From Candidatus Cloacimonadales bacterium (GTDB taxonomy: Bacteria; Cloacimonadota; Cloacimonadia; Cloacimonadales; DAONDQ01): 64,000 bases of DNA. The position numbers and the translations under genes were made by a program. The stretch spans positions 1,696,001 to 1,760,000 of the forward strand of contig OY759316.1 in NCBI GenBank assembly GCA_963662275.1. The letters run 5' to 3'. Numbering within the stretch: the stretch's first letter is position 1; each line of letters opens with the position of its first letter. Positions 19,781 to 29,762 of this stretch are shown here, in pieces. Under the pieces are notes generated by a model, which saw nothing but the letters and a program-made list of their open reading frames with translations, did no database searches and was not told the origin of the DNA.

Positions 19781-20653
19781 TTACATCTTATTCATCAGTT
19801 CATTGATGATTTTACATGACTGCTCTCGGGAAACGTTAGTCAAATGCACGTATACCATGGTCGCTCTAAGACTTTCGTGCCCGAGCAAGTCTTTGATGAT
19901 GATGATACTGACACCTGCTTCCAATAAATGTGTGGCATAAGAATGTCTGAGTGTATGACAGGTTACATGCTTAGGGATGCGTGTCTCCTTTAAGGCTGAC
20001 TTCAGAGCTGACCGAAGAGTTTGGACAGAAATCTGGTTCGAGGTTGTCATTCTGTTAATATCAGCCTGTCTGGTGCTTCTGCTCGGGAATAAAAGCTGTC
20101 TGTTCTGATGGGTTTTCCAATATTCCCGGAGTTCCTGATACAATTTTTCAGGCAGAGGTATTGACCTGTCTTTGTTGCCTTTGGATTGCCTTACCGTGAT
20201 GGTCATCAATTCCCGGTTGATATCGGCTATTTTAATCTTGACTGCTTCCGAAATCCTTAATCCGCATTGATAGGTAAGAGTCAGTAAGAGTCGATAATCA
20301 TAAGTATGAATGCGGGAGATAAGCATTCTAACTTCGTCTGTGGTCAGAATCACAGGAAGTTTGTGCTCAATCTTTGCCTTAAAAAAGGTAAAATCCTCTT
20401 GCCTGAAACCAACAACATGGATGAAAAAAAATCTGATGCCATAATAGGCTGATTTTAAACTCTGAGGACTATAATTCTTGACGTTATGCAGGTAGACAAA
20501 ATATGTTCTTACCTGTTCAATAGATAGTGTGCCGGGGTCTTGACCATAATATGATGCTAAAGAAGTGACTTGTCTGATGTAATTGTATTTTGTCTCTCGG
20601 GACACGCCTCGAAGATCAAGGCACTCTAAAAAGCGAACTTCGTATGATTCCAT
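19781..20653 (-). CDS. Tyrosine recombinase/integrase
   Basis: KLPVILT, YQCGLRISEA, KGNKDR, HTLRHSYATHLLEAG, LLGHESLRATMVYVH. Confidence 0.93.
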   Translation of the reverse strand: MESYEVRFLECLDLRGVSRETKYNYIRQVTSLASYYGQDPGTLSIEQVRTYFVYLHNVKNYSPQSLKSAYYGIRFFFIHVVGFRQEDFTFFKAKIEHKLPVILTTDEVRMLISRIHTYDYRLLLTLTYQCGLRISEAVKIKIADINRELMTITVRQSKGNKDRSIPLPEKLYQELREYWKTHQNRQLLFPSRSTRQADINRMTTSNQISVQTLRSALKSALKETRIPKHVTCHTLRHSYATHLLEAGVSIIIIKDLLGHESLRATMVYVHLTNVSREQSCKIINELMNKM

Positions 20654-20965
20654 ACTTACCTCCAGTTAATTTTGGGGGTAAGTATGCTTTTAGTGAGGGT
20701 TCAGTATATCAATAGTTTAAATGCATGAAACACGAGTTTACTGCGAACGGTACTGCTGCTTGCAGCTTCGTTCAACTACAAGCAACAAGCTACAAGCTAC
20801 AAGCTTCTGCAAAGGAAGTCAAGAGCTAAATTTTGATGTTGAAGTATTAGTATTCTTCTCTTTTCTGCTCAATCTTCCATTTTACATCTTAAATCTTACA
20901 TGAATGAAGCAACTCTGGAAGAGCAGACTCCTAAAGTTACAAACTTAAGGAGATAACACAATAGA

Positions 20966-21598
20966 TTAATCTTTCATGTATACCATACAATCAGGAGCAT
21001 CACAACCTTCACATGGTAATGAAGGAAAATTAAGAAATTGCATAATATTATAGGTCTTTCCATTCATCGACTCTTTATTTTCTGGATTGCATTTACATTC
21101 ATAAGTATTAGTATAGAATTCGATTAAACCTGCTCTAATATAGCCATACAGTTTTCTTTTAGTATAATAAAGCCATTGATCATTTAGCGTGATTTCAGGT
21201 AATCCCATAATTCTAAGCATCTTATTTTTGGACTCAAAAGTTAGTCCTTTATAGAATAAATCTTCATTGTAGACCACAATTCCACTTTTAAGTATATATT
21301 CAGCTATCGAATCTGAGGAAGGCTGTTTGTCATTTGTAGATAAAAGTTCCTTGATCTCATCGTAATGTTTTTTGGTAATTCCAATCATTTCCAAGTCGGA
21401 TATCCATTGCAATTCACGATAGTGTTCTTCCCAAGCTCTGCTTACTATATCAACTTCATACTCTTGAACAAGATGAGGTTCTTTCTGCCACGGATATCTC
21501 TTTGAATAAACATAATTGCTGCAATTTGGACATTTAGTCTTTCTTTGTGGAACTTTAGTAAACAGATATGCACAATATGGGCATTTACTATTATACAT
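20966..21598 (-). CDS. Hypothetical protein with N-terminal Zn-ribbon and Cys-rich C-terminus
   Basis: CPYC...CPNC at the N-terminus; CKC and PCEGC...C at the C-terminus. Confidence 0.65.
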   Translation of the reverse strand: MYNSKCPYCAYLFTKVPQRKTKCPNCSNYVYSKRYPWQKEPHLVQEYEVDIVSRAWEEHYRELQWISDLEMIGITKKHYDEIKELLSTNDKQPSSDSIAEYILKSGIVVYNEDLFYKGLTFESKNKMLRIMGLPEITLNDQWLYYTKRKLYGYIRAGLIEFYTNTYECKCNPENKESMNGKTYNIMQFLNFPSLPCEGCDAPDCMVYMKD

Positions 21599-21607
21599 TT
21601 CAGATCC

Positions 21608-21793
21608 TTATTTCATCTCTCCAATAATTAGAACTGAATATAATACCTTGTAATGCCCTATATCCGATACACAACAAGTCGAATATTTTATATCGATGAC
21701 TTTGTAACCTTTTTTTTCACTCAAATCTATAAAATCTTGAACTTTGGCTCGAAAGCTAGATGGGTTATTTTCTTCAATAATTTTGACTAACAT
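21608..21793 (-). CDS. Small hypothetical protein
   Basis: RBS AGGAGG; VIDIKYS...YSVLII; co-oriented with the downstream gene. Confidence 0.55.
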   Translation of the reverse strand: MLVKIIEENNPSSFRAKVQDFIDLSEKKGYKVIDIKYSTCCVSDIGHYKVLYSVLIIGEMK

Positions 21794-21982
21794 CTTATCC
21801 TCCTATGGTAATTACTAGAGCTTAGTCTATCCATAAAACAATAAATGATACAATTTAGCAAGTTTTAATCAAAAATTAAATCATAACCAGATTATTCATT
21901 TTTTTATTGACTCATAATCTAGCAAATATGAAGATTAATTTAATACAAATTACGAAAATCGAACTTTATTAATGGAGATATT

Positions 21983-23182
21983 ATGAATGCAACAGAGAAT
22001 TACAAGAAGATTGTAGAAGATATTTTCCAACAGAAAGTCAACATACCAATCACAAAGAATAACAATAATTGTATTGGGGCTTTGAATCATAATGACGAAT
22101 TTCTAATCTTTAAGAATAATTTTATTGAGAGACTTGTTAGAATTCGAGAATTTTACAAAAATGATAATGATACTTTAAATAATATACTTAAAACAGTGAA
22201 AGATATTTCTATTGCCAAAGATCTAAAATGGTCAGGTGCATATTCTGAATTGGTAGCTTTAGATTATTGGAGAGGTTTTGTGGATATTAGAGAGCTTAAG
22301 TTTATTGATAGAGGGGATGTCAATTCATTCCCAAATAGTATTGCTCGAAAAATCGGAAATCAAGAAATTGATTTGGATATCAGCTTCAGATTAGCCACAA
22401 AAAAGATATTTATGGATGTTAAGTCTCTAATACCTACGCATCTTGAATTAGTCGATAAGATACTGGTTCAGTTAAAAAAGAAAACTGGAAACATAGAATA
22501 TCAAATAGGAATTGATAACATATTTCGTGCAGATTATTTAGGAACAAAAGAAGATTATATTCATGAAATTAAAACAGGAAATCTTGTAAATGAACTAGAA
22601 AAATGTGTTGTAGATAGAAAAGCAAATTATAAGCATGTATTGCAAAGTGGTCAGGAAGCTACATTTAGTATGGCATATTCTAAACCAAAGAAAAACACAG
22701 TCTTAATGACTTTACGATCAATGAATGCTTATAGATTAGCAGAAGACTATAAATACAAAATTCTGGACTATTATAATAAGCTTTTAATCAAAGAACCAAG
22801 TTTTATTACGTTTGTATTTAATTCTTGGTTTAATACAGAAATATATGATTTTGATAAATTTAATGAGAGTTTTTATAGGGCACTAGCCAGAAGAACATTT
22901 ATTGAACTAACTAAGAATAAAGACGATATGGGTCTTTATTATCCTGAATTGATGGGTCGAGGTCTTAAAATTAAAAATGTTGCTAGTTTAATTACTGGAA
23001 TAATATTCATAGAAGATCATTCAATAACGAAAACAGGGAATGAAATGTATAATGCCTTTATTTATCTAAATCCTAATGCAAAAAATACAGTATTACACAT
23101 ACATGATTTTGATTGTTTAAAATGGTCTAAATCTCCGAAATATAGTCCTGTTATCGAAGATTTTGAATATGACAATTACTAA
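21983..23182 (+). CDS. Hypothetical protein, possible PD-(D/E)XK nuclease fold
   Basis: 399-aa AT-rich ORF with RBS; spaced motif YSEL...IDLDISF...FMDVKS. Confidence 0.6.
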   Translation: MNATENYKKIVEDIFQQKVNIPITKNNNNCIGALNHNDEFLIFKNNFIERLVRIREFYKNDNDTLNNILKTVKDISIAKDLKWSGAYSELVALDYWRGFVDIRELKFIDRGDVNSFPNSIARKIGNQEIDLDISFRLATKKIFMDVKSLIPTHLELVDKILVQLKKKTGNIEYQIGIDNIFRADYLGTKEDYIHEIKTGNLVNELEKCVVDRKANYKHVLQSGQEATFSMAYSKPKKNTVLMTLRSMNAYRLAEDYKYKILDYYNKLLIKEPSFITFVFNSWFNTEIYDFDKFNESFYRALARRTFIELTKNKDDMGLYYPELMGRGLKIKNVASLITGIIFIEDHSITKTGNEMYNAFIYLNPNAKNTVLHIHDFDCLKWSKSPKYSPVIEDFEYDNY

Positions 23183-23205
23183 AGATTGATGTTATAGTAA
23201 TAATT

Positions 23206-24930
23206 ATGAATAAGAAAGTAAAAGAAGTAGAATTTGATATATTCAAGTTCCTTTACCTTTATGAGGATTTAGAAGATAATAGGTTATACTATATTTCTTT
23301 AAAACATGTTCGAGCTCGTTTAGAATTTTCTGAAGAATTACTTGATTCTATACAGAATTTTATTTCTTTTACAGATTTCTCGAGCTTAGTAGATCTACTT
23401 GAAAATCATGTTCTAAAATTCATCCGGAAAATAGATCAGGATTTTACGAATATCATAAAAGAAGCTAAGAAATTAAACCCAGAAGGTTTTAAATATCTTG
23501 AAATAGAGAATATATTGAATGAAGATATTTTGAAAAAGAAAAAGAATAAAGCTGCTATGATTTATCATCCTGATAAGGGTGGTAGCAATGAGATTATGAT
23601 AACAGTTCTTCAAGCGTATGAACAATTTAAAGCGCTAATTAGTTTGAGCAAGATAGAGATTGTAGATAGAGAAATACAAATAAATGCTCATGACTATATC
23701 TTTGAGCTCTTCATGTTAGCGATTTCTACTACAACACTTCAATACGCTCTTGATAGATCTTTAGCATATTATCAAATATATAAAAAATATGAATTAATAA
23801 TATCACCTAATGAACGGCAGATTTGTACAATTTTGAAAGTAATTACTGATTTACATGCGAAATTGTGTCATTATGAATCGAAAGAGATTCTTTATCGCTT
23901 ACTAGAGGATATTCAGATTTACACAATCAACTTTGAAAAAGAAGCTCAGATAAATTACGAAAATCGATTGAGAGTATCTGAATTAAAGATACAGCAAAAT
24001 GATCAATCTGAAATATTTAGACGAGGTTTTTTTGGAATACATAAACATAATATTCCTAATAGGAATTATGTAGATATTTGTATCTCACACATTAGTAGTC
24101 CACCAAGAATTACAATCAATAATGAAATCCAAGCAATGCACGCATTAAAACTTGGTATTATTACTCAAAAAAAGTACAATCAAATCAGTCTTAAGGATAA
24201 GGATATTGAAGAACATTTAGAGAATATGAAAATTTCATTAAATGCACAAAAAGCTGTTATTAATTTTATTATACCTTTATATAGTGAACAAAATGTATAT
24301 AGTGAAGTTTGTAATAAAAGATTGGAAAAATTTCTAGTTCCAGAAACCCAATATTATCAATGTGATATAAGAGATTTATCAGAAGACCAACAAATTGAGT
24401 ATTTTTTAAGTATGAAAGAACATGAAGATATAAAAAAAATGATGAAGTACTATTATGTTAGATTGCTCAGCTACATAAACAGTGCTGTATATGCTTACAA
24501 CTTAGATTCTGTAAAAGATATGGCTCAAGAACTTACTTTTCTCAACGATTTGTTAAAGCTGAGTAAATCTGGAACTGAGGGTTTTTATGGCTCAAGGGTC
24601 TTGACTTTCTTGAATAAACTAATTCTTTTAGATTCTCATTCATTAAATCTAAATCTAGAATACATTAAGATTATTATGAAACGAGAATCTGATCATTGGT
24701 TAAAAAGGCATTCTAGAAGTTCACTCACTAAAGAAAGAAAATTGATAACATCTGGTAAATCTATTCGAAATATTGAGGCTATTCAGAATATACTCCCCAT
24801 AACATTGCACCCTTCATTTGTTACTTTTTTATGTATGAAATTGGAGAAAATGAAAACAGTAGTCGAATCTAACTTGTTAACTAATGAACTTGCTTCAATA
24901 GATAATGAATTATTTGAGGAAACTATCTAA
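23206..24930 (+). CDS. Hypothetical protein with internal J-domain-like segment
   Basis: 574-aa AT-rich ORF; LKKKKNKAAMIYHPDKGGSNEIMITVLQAYEQFK. Confidence 0.7.
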   Translation: MNKKVKEVEFDIFKFLYLYEDLEDNRLYYISLKHVRARLEFSEELLDSIQNFISFTDFSSLVDLLENHVLKFIRKIDQDFTNIIKEAKKLNPEGFKYLEIENILNEDILKKKKNKAAMIYHPDKGGSNEIMITVLQAYEQFKALISLSKIEIVDREIQINAHDYIFELFMLAISTTTLQYALDRSLAYYQIYKKYELIISPNERQICTILKVITDLHAKLCHYESKEILYRLLEDIQIYTINFEKEAQINYENRLRVSELKIQQNDQSEIFRRGFFGIHKHNIPNRNYVDICISHISSPPRITINNEIQAMHALKLGIITQKKYNQISLKDKDIEEHLENMKISLNAQKAVINFIIPLYSEQNVYSEVCNKRLEKFLVPETQYYQCDIRDLSEDQQIEYFLSMKEHEDIKKMMKYYYVRLLSYINSAVYAYNLDSVKDMAQELTFLNDLLKLSKSGTEGFYGSRVLTFLNKLILLDSHSLNLNLEYIKIIMKRESDHWLKRHSRSSLTKERKLITSGKSIRNIEAIQNILPITLHPSFVTFLCMKLEKMKTVVESNLLTNELASIDNELFEETI

Positions 24931-25058
24931 CCAAAGGTAAAAATCGATTATTTCATTGACGTATCAAATGCCTTCCCTCTTTTGTTCTCAGAACTAGCTC
25001 TCCCGGCTAAAGCCACCCTCCCTTTGCAAATGGGAGGGAGAGATTCATAAGGAACACC

Positions 25059-28000
25059 ATGTTCTATCACTTAATCAAGCATTATTTGGAAAAGTCGTCA
25101 TTCTTCCAGAGAATGGACGAGACGGTTCAGAACGCCCAAAATCATGTACAATTTCACAATCTCAATCAGTCGGCAAAGGCATTGGTGGTTTCCAAGTATT
25201 TCACGGATACAGGCAGGAATGTGCTTCTTATTTCGGGTGATGACAAGGCTGCCGAGGAGTTCAGTGATGACCTGGAAGTGCTGCTGGGCAGGGATAAAGT
25301 CTATCTGTTTCCTGATTTTGAAGTATTGCCTTACGAAGAAAGGTCACCGCATTCCTCCATTCGTTCCCAGCGCACAGATGCCATGTCGCATGTGGTTACG
25401 GGTATGCCTGCCATTTATACGCTTTCCCTTCGTTCTTTCCTGAGAAGGATCATCCCGCGTAAGCTTTTTGAGAAGAATGTCATTACTTTGCAGAAGGGGA
25501 TGGAGTATGATCCCGAAGTATTGGTTTCCGACCTGGTGGGTATGGGCTATGAAGTGGAATACCAGGTGTCGAAGATATGCCAGGTGGCAAGACGCGGGGG
25601 GATTCTCGATATTTTTTCTCCGAATATGCAGGAGCCTGTGCGTGTGGAATTCTTCGGTGATGAGATTCAATCCCTGCGTACCTTCTCCATCGTTTCCCAG
25701 CGAAGCGAGACACGGATCACTTCGAAAGTGCTGATCCTTCCTTCCAGGGAGTTCTCACGTCATGATATTCAAACCAGTGATGAGATGTGGGAGAAAGTGC
25801 ATACCACTGATTTCTATGAAGGGATAGAGAACGATATTTCCCTCTTATTCCCGGAAGTGCAGTTGTTCCTGGATTACTTCGAGCCGGAGAATGTCTGCCT
25901 GTTTTGGGATGAATTCCAATACACGGAAGATGATTACAGTGAATTGCTGGATGAGACGACCAAGCTCTATGAGAAGGCATTGATCAAGACCAAGAAGCCT
26001 TCCACCATTCCCAAGCCTACCCAGATATTTGCCGATGAAGCCAAGCTGAAACAGATTTGGCAGAAATACAACCAGCATTACCTCGCTCATTCGGAACAGA
26101 TCATTTCCTATTCGGAAGAATCGATTGGTGCAGCTATACAGTCACAGCCTATGCTGAATGGGGATGTGACAGAACTGGAGAAGGAGCTTTCTAAACGTAT
26201 TCACCAAGGTTTCAAAATTATCATACAGTCTGATAACAAGAGTCAGAGTAAAAGGATGCAGGAGCTTCTTGCCGAGCATGAAGAAGATATTCAATACACC
26301 ATCGGTGTGCTGCATAAAGGCTTCCTCCTGCAAGATATACAACTTGCCGTTTATACGGATCACGAGATTTTCAACCGCTACAAGCGCAAGCACTATACCG
26401 CCCGTTTCGCCAGGGGAGAGGCGCTTACCAATTATGAAGCTCTCAAGCCAGGTGACTACATCGTGCATATCGATCATGGCATCGGTATCTTTGCCGGTTT
26501 GAAGAAGATCTTGCTGGAAGGCAGTACCATTGAATGCATCATGATCAATTACGCTGAGAACGACCGCATCTATGTGCCTACGTTCCAGCTGCAGCTTGTT
26601 TCACGGTATGTCAGTGAAGAAGGCGGAGAGCCTACCGTTCATAAGATCGGTTCCAAGAAATGGGAGAATACCAAGAGCAAGGCGAAGTCACAGATCGAAC
26701 TGGTGGCTGAAGATATTCTACGTCTCTATGCAGAAAGAAAGATGCGGAAAGGCATTAGCCATGAGCCGGATACGCCCTGGCAGACTGAAATGGAAGATTC
26801 CTTTATTTTTGAAGATACGCCTGACCAGGCGCAGTCTTCCAAAGAGATTAAGGAAGATATGGAAGCACCGTCTCCGATGGAAAGGCTGCTCTGCGGTGAT
26901 GTGGGATTCGGGAAGACGGAAGTCGCAATCCGTGCAGCTTTCAAAGCTGTGATGAGCGGATACCAGGTGGCTGTCCTCGTACCTACCACACTTCTTGCAG
27001 AACAGCATTGGAGAGTATTTAGAGAAAGACTGGCGCAGTACCCGGTGCGGATTGCCATGTTCAGCAGGTTCCGTTCGGCAACAGCCGTGAAGAAAGATTT
27101 GGAGAAAATGGCGAAGGGTGAGATCGATATCGCTATCGGTACGCATCGTCTGCTTTCAGCGGATGTGAAATTCACGAAGCTCGGACTGCTGGTCATCGAT
27201 GAGGAGCATCGCTTCGGGGTGCGTCATAAGGATAAGCTCAGGCAGCTCAAAGCTAATGTGGATACTCTTTATATGTCTGCAACACCCATCCCTCGTACAC
27301 TGGGTATGGCTCTTTCCAAGCTGAAGGAAATCTCTTTGATGCAGACTTCCCCCAAGGAAAGACTTCCCATCCGTACTGTTGTAACGCAATACAACCAGGA
27401 AGTGGTGAAAGATGCCATCCAGCGTGAGATCGATAGGGGAGGACAGGTGTTCTACCTGCATAACCGTATCCAGTCGATACAGGCAACCGCTGACAAGCTG
27501 AAAGCCCTTCTTCCGAATGTACGCTTTGCTATCGGGCACGGTCAGATGCCTGAACATCTACTTGAAAACATCACCAATGATTTCGTTGATCATAACATAG
27601 ATGTGCTGATTTCCACTACCATCATCGAGAATGGTATCGATATTCCCAATGCCAATACCATCATCATCGACAGAGCAGATACATTCGGACTGGCACAGCT
27701 CTACCAGATACGCGGACGTGTGGGACGCAGTCCACGCAGGGCGTATGCCTATCTTCTCATTCCGAAAGGGATAACAGAAGACGCCAGGAAAAGACTGGAT
27801 ACGCTGACGGAATACGATTATCTCGGTGCAGGCTTCCAGATCGCCATGCGTGATTTGGAGATACGCGGCGCAGGTACGCTGTTGGGAATCAAGCAGAGCG
27901 GTATCATCACTGCTATTGGTTTCAATTATTACAATAAACTTCTGACACAGGCTATCGAGAACCTCGAGAAAGAGAATCCAGCAGGGCTATGGGAAGATGA

Positions 28001-28460
28001 GACTGCCAAAGGCTTGCAGAACCTGAATGTGGATGGGGATGCCTATCTTCCTGAAGACTATATTTCCGATGAAAGAGAAAGACTGGAAGTCTATAAACGC
28101 ATGATGCACCTTGTGAATGAAGCTGATTTTGAAGACCTGAAAGCCGAGCTTGTGGATCGCTTTGGGAAATTACCACCTGCTGCAACGCAGTCATTCTTAT
28201 ACTTCCGCTTACGTTCTTTAGCAGAGCAGGCTGGACTGGTGGCATGTCATTTGCACGAGCAATTTATGCAGTTGGAGTTCCATACGGAAAAGACACCACC
28301 TAAAGATGTGATCATGAACTTCCTGAAGAGTACCAACTTCAATGTGAAGTTTGATGCTTCGGGCAATTTCAAGCTGACTATTACCTTCCCGAAGAAGAAG
28401 TGGGAAGAAGCAGAGCTGCTGGAAATGGGGATTGGAGTGCTGCTGGCGTTTGTAGTCTAA
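25059..28460 (+). CDS. mfd: Transcription-repair coupling factor
   Basis: RRGGILDIF, CarD-like VHIDHGIG, RLLCGDVGFGKTEVA, IDEEHRFGV, SATPIPRT, QLYQIRGRVGRS, DLEIRGAG. Confidence 0.97.
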   Translation: MFYHLIKHYLEKSSFFQRMDETVQNAQNHVQFHNLNQSAKALVVSKYFTDTGRNVLLISGDDKAAEEFSDDLEVLLGRDKVYLFPDFEVLPYEERSPHSSIRSQRTDAMSHVVTGMPAIYTLSLRSFLRRIIPRKLFEKNVITLQKGMEYDPEVLVSDLVGMGYEVEYQVSKICQVARRGGILDIFSPNMQEPVRVEFFGDEIQSLRTFSIVSQRSETRITSKVLILPSREFSRHDIQTSDEMWEKVHTTDFYEGIENDISLLFPEVQLFLDYFEPENVCLFWDEFQYTEDDYSELLDETTKLYEKALIKTKKPSTIPKPTQIFADEAKLKQIWQKYNQHYLAHSEQIISYSEESIGAAIQSQPMLNGDVTELEKELSKRIHQGFKIIIQSDNKSQSKRMQELLAEHEEDIQYTIGVLHKGFLLQDIQLAVYTDHEIFNRYKRKHYTARFARGEALTNYEALKPGDYIVHIDHGIGIFAGLKKILLEGSTIECIMINYAENDRIYVPTFQLQLVSRYVSEEGGEPTVHKIGSKKWENTKSKAKSQIELVAEDILRLYAERKMRKGISHEPDTPWQTEMEDSFIFEDTPDQAQSSKEIKEDMEAPSPMERLLCGDVGFGKTEVAIRAAFKAVMSGYQVAVLVPTTLLAEQHWRVFRERLAQYPVRIAMFSRFRSATAVKKDLEKMAKGEIDIAIGTHRLLSADVKFTKLGLLVIDEEHRFGVRHKDKLRQLKANVDTLYMSATPIPRTLGMALSKLKEISLMQTSPKERLPIRTVVTQYNQEVVKDAIQREIDRGGQVFYLHNRIQSIQATADKLKALLPNVRFAIGHGQMPEHLLENITNDFVDHNIDVLISTTIIENGIDIPNANTIIIDRADTFGLAQLYQIRGRVGRSPRRAYAYLLIPKGITEDARKRLDTLTEYDYLGAGFQIAMRDLEIRGAGTLLGIKQSGIITAIGFNYYNKLLTQAIENLEKENPAGLWEDETAKGLQNLNVDGDAYLPEDYISDERERLEVYKRMMHLVNEADFEDLKAELVDRFGKLPPAATQSFLYFRLRSLAEQAGLVACHLHEQFMQLEFHTEKTPPKDVIMNFLKSTNFNVKFDASGNFKLTITFPKKKWEEAELLEMGIGVLLAFVV

Positions 28461-28476
28461 CGGTAATCGCTGTTGT

Positions 28477-28672
28477 CGGTAGTCGCTGTCTTTAGCTTGC
28501 GCTATTTGTTGTTGGTAGTCGCTGTCTTCAGCTTGCGCTGCTGTTGTCGGTAGTCGCTGTCTTTAGCTTGCGCTGTTATTTCAGTAACCTAAAGGATACC
28601 ACTACCGGTAACTATTCGGTAACCTGAAGGATACCACTACCGGAGAAGAGTAACCTGAAGGATACTACTACC
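28477..28672. repeat. REP array 5' of the RAYT gene: three type-A copies (+) and three type-B copies (-)
   Basis: Type A GGTAGTCGCTGTCTTYAGCTTGCG; type B reads GGTAGTGGTATCCTTYAGGTTAC on the minus strand. Confidence 0.88.
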
Positions 28673-28689
28673 AAAAGTTAGGAGGGAAC

Positions 28690-29418
28690 ATGCAGTTTAA
28701 CAATAGATATCAGAGATATCACAAGGAAAAACTACCTCATATTCAACCGCAAGAAAGTATAATTTTTATTACAATTAGACTCGATATTCACTTAAATCAG
28801 GAGTATTTTGATCTTTTAATTGCTAAAAAAGCCGAGATTACCAATTCTGTTGAAAATATTCATAATGAAGATGAGCGTAAAATCATATTCAATAAGAAGC
28901 TTTTTGCTGTTCAAGATAAATACTTCGATTGCTATCAAGATACTGGAAATCTCTTTATAAACTCTAAATGTGCTAAGGTTCTCGAAAATGAATTGCATAA
29001 TTTTAATGGCATAATGTATGAATTATACGCCTTTACAATTATGCCTAATCATGTTCACTTTCTATGTAGACCTTTATTGAATTCATCTGGAGAAGAGTAT
29101 TCATTAGCAATCATTATGAATAGAATTAAAGGTCGAACTGCTAGATTTATTAACCAGGAAATGAATAGATCAGGCAGTCTATGGCAAAAGGAATATTATG
29201 ACCATTACGTTAGGAATGAACAAGAGCTTAATAATATAGTCAGATATATTGTTCTAAACCCGATGAAAGCAGGATTGGTTGATCAGCCGAGATTGTGGAA
29301 ATGGACTTGGGTGTCGGAGGAATATAGAAATGTTTTAGATGAGGATTATCTAAAAGAGGAAGATGCTGTTTGGGGAGCAGAGAAAGGTAACCTGAAGGAT
29401 ACCACTACCGATTGGTAA
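28690..29418 (+). CDS. REP-associated tyrosine transposase (RAYT / Y1 HUH)
   Basis: KLPHIQ, FITIRL, IMPNHVHFL (HUH), LWQKEYYDHYVRNE, YIVLNPMKAGLV, WKW; flanked by GTAG-type REPs. Confidence 0.9.
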   Translation: MQFNNRYQRYHKEKLPHIQPQESIIFITIRLDIHLNQEYFDLLIAKKAEITNSVENIHNEDERKIIFNKKLFAVQDKYFDCYQDTGNLFINSKCAKVLENELHNFNGIMYELYAFTIMPNHVHFLCRPLLNSSGEEYSLAIIMNRIKGRTARFINQEMNRSGSLWQKEYYDHYVRNEQELNNIVRYIVLNPMKAGLVDQPRLWKWTWVSEEYRNVLDEDYLKEEDAVWGAEKGNLKDTTTDW

Positions 29419-29682
29419 GCGCTGTTGTCGGTGGGCGCTGTCTTTAGCTTGCGCTTATTAACAGTAACCTAAAGGATACCACTACCAGTACATAAATCGG
29501 TAACCTGAAGGATACCACTACCGGAGAAGAGTAACCTAAAGGATACCACTACCGGAGAAGAGTAACCTAAAGGATACCACTACCGGAGAAGAGTAACCTA
29601 AAGGATACCACTACCGGAGAAGAGTAACCTGAAGGATACCACTACCGGTGAATAAAACGGTAACCTAAAGGATACCACTACC
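29387..29682. repeat. REP array 3' of the RAYT gene: eight type-B copies (five consecutive at a 31-bp period) and one type-A copy
   Basis: GTAACCTRAAGGATACCACTACC at 29387, 29464, 29500, 29531, 29562, 29593, 29624, 29660; type A near 29430. Confidence 0.9.
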
Positions 29683-29762
29683 GATCGGGTAAACGCATGT
29701 TTCCTTTGACAAAAATCATCTTCTTATTTGCTTGTACATAATTGAAAGAATTGAAGGTTTTT

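Larger units (their letters stand above)
18368..20776 (-). mobile_element. IS91-like element carrying a tyrosine recombinase and a Y2 HUH transposase
   Basis: Two-gene operon bounded by imperfect inverted repeats at 18368-18389 and 20753-20776; boundaries are inferred from these repeats. Confidence 0.7.

Noticed and set aside
19781..20653. Integron integrase with a cassette array
   Set aside because: No IntI-specific insertion is apparent, the gene is coupled to an IS91-type transposase, and no series of attC sites follows the island genes.
25144..28245. Numerous alternate-frame and antisense ORFs inside mfd and other long genes
   Set aside because: No recognisable motifs; expected shadows of long coding sequences.
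29464..29682. Possible CRISPR array
   Set aside because: Spacers are only 8-13 bp and mostly identical, no cas genes are present, and the repeats are GTAG-type REPs flanking a RAYT.
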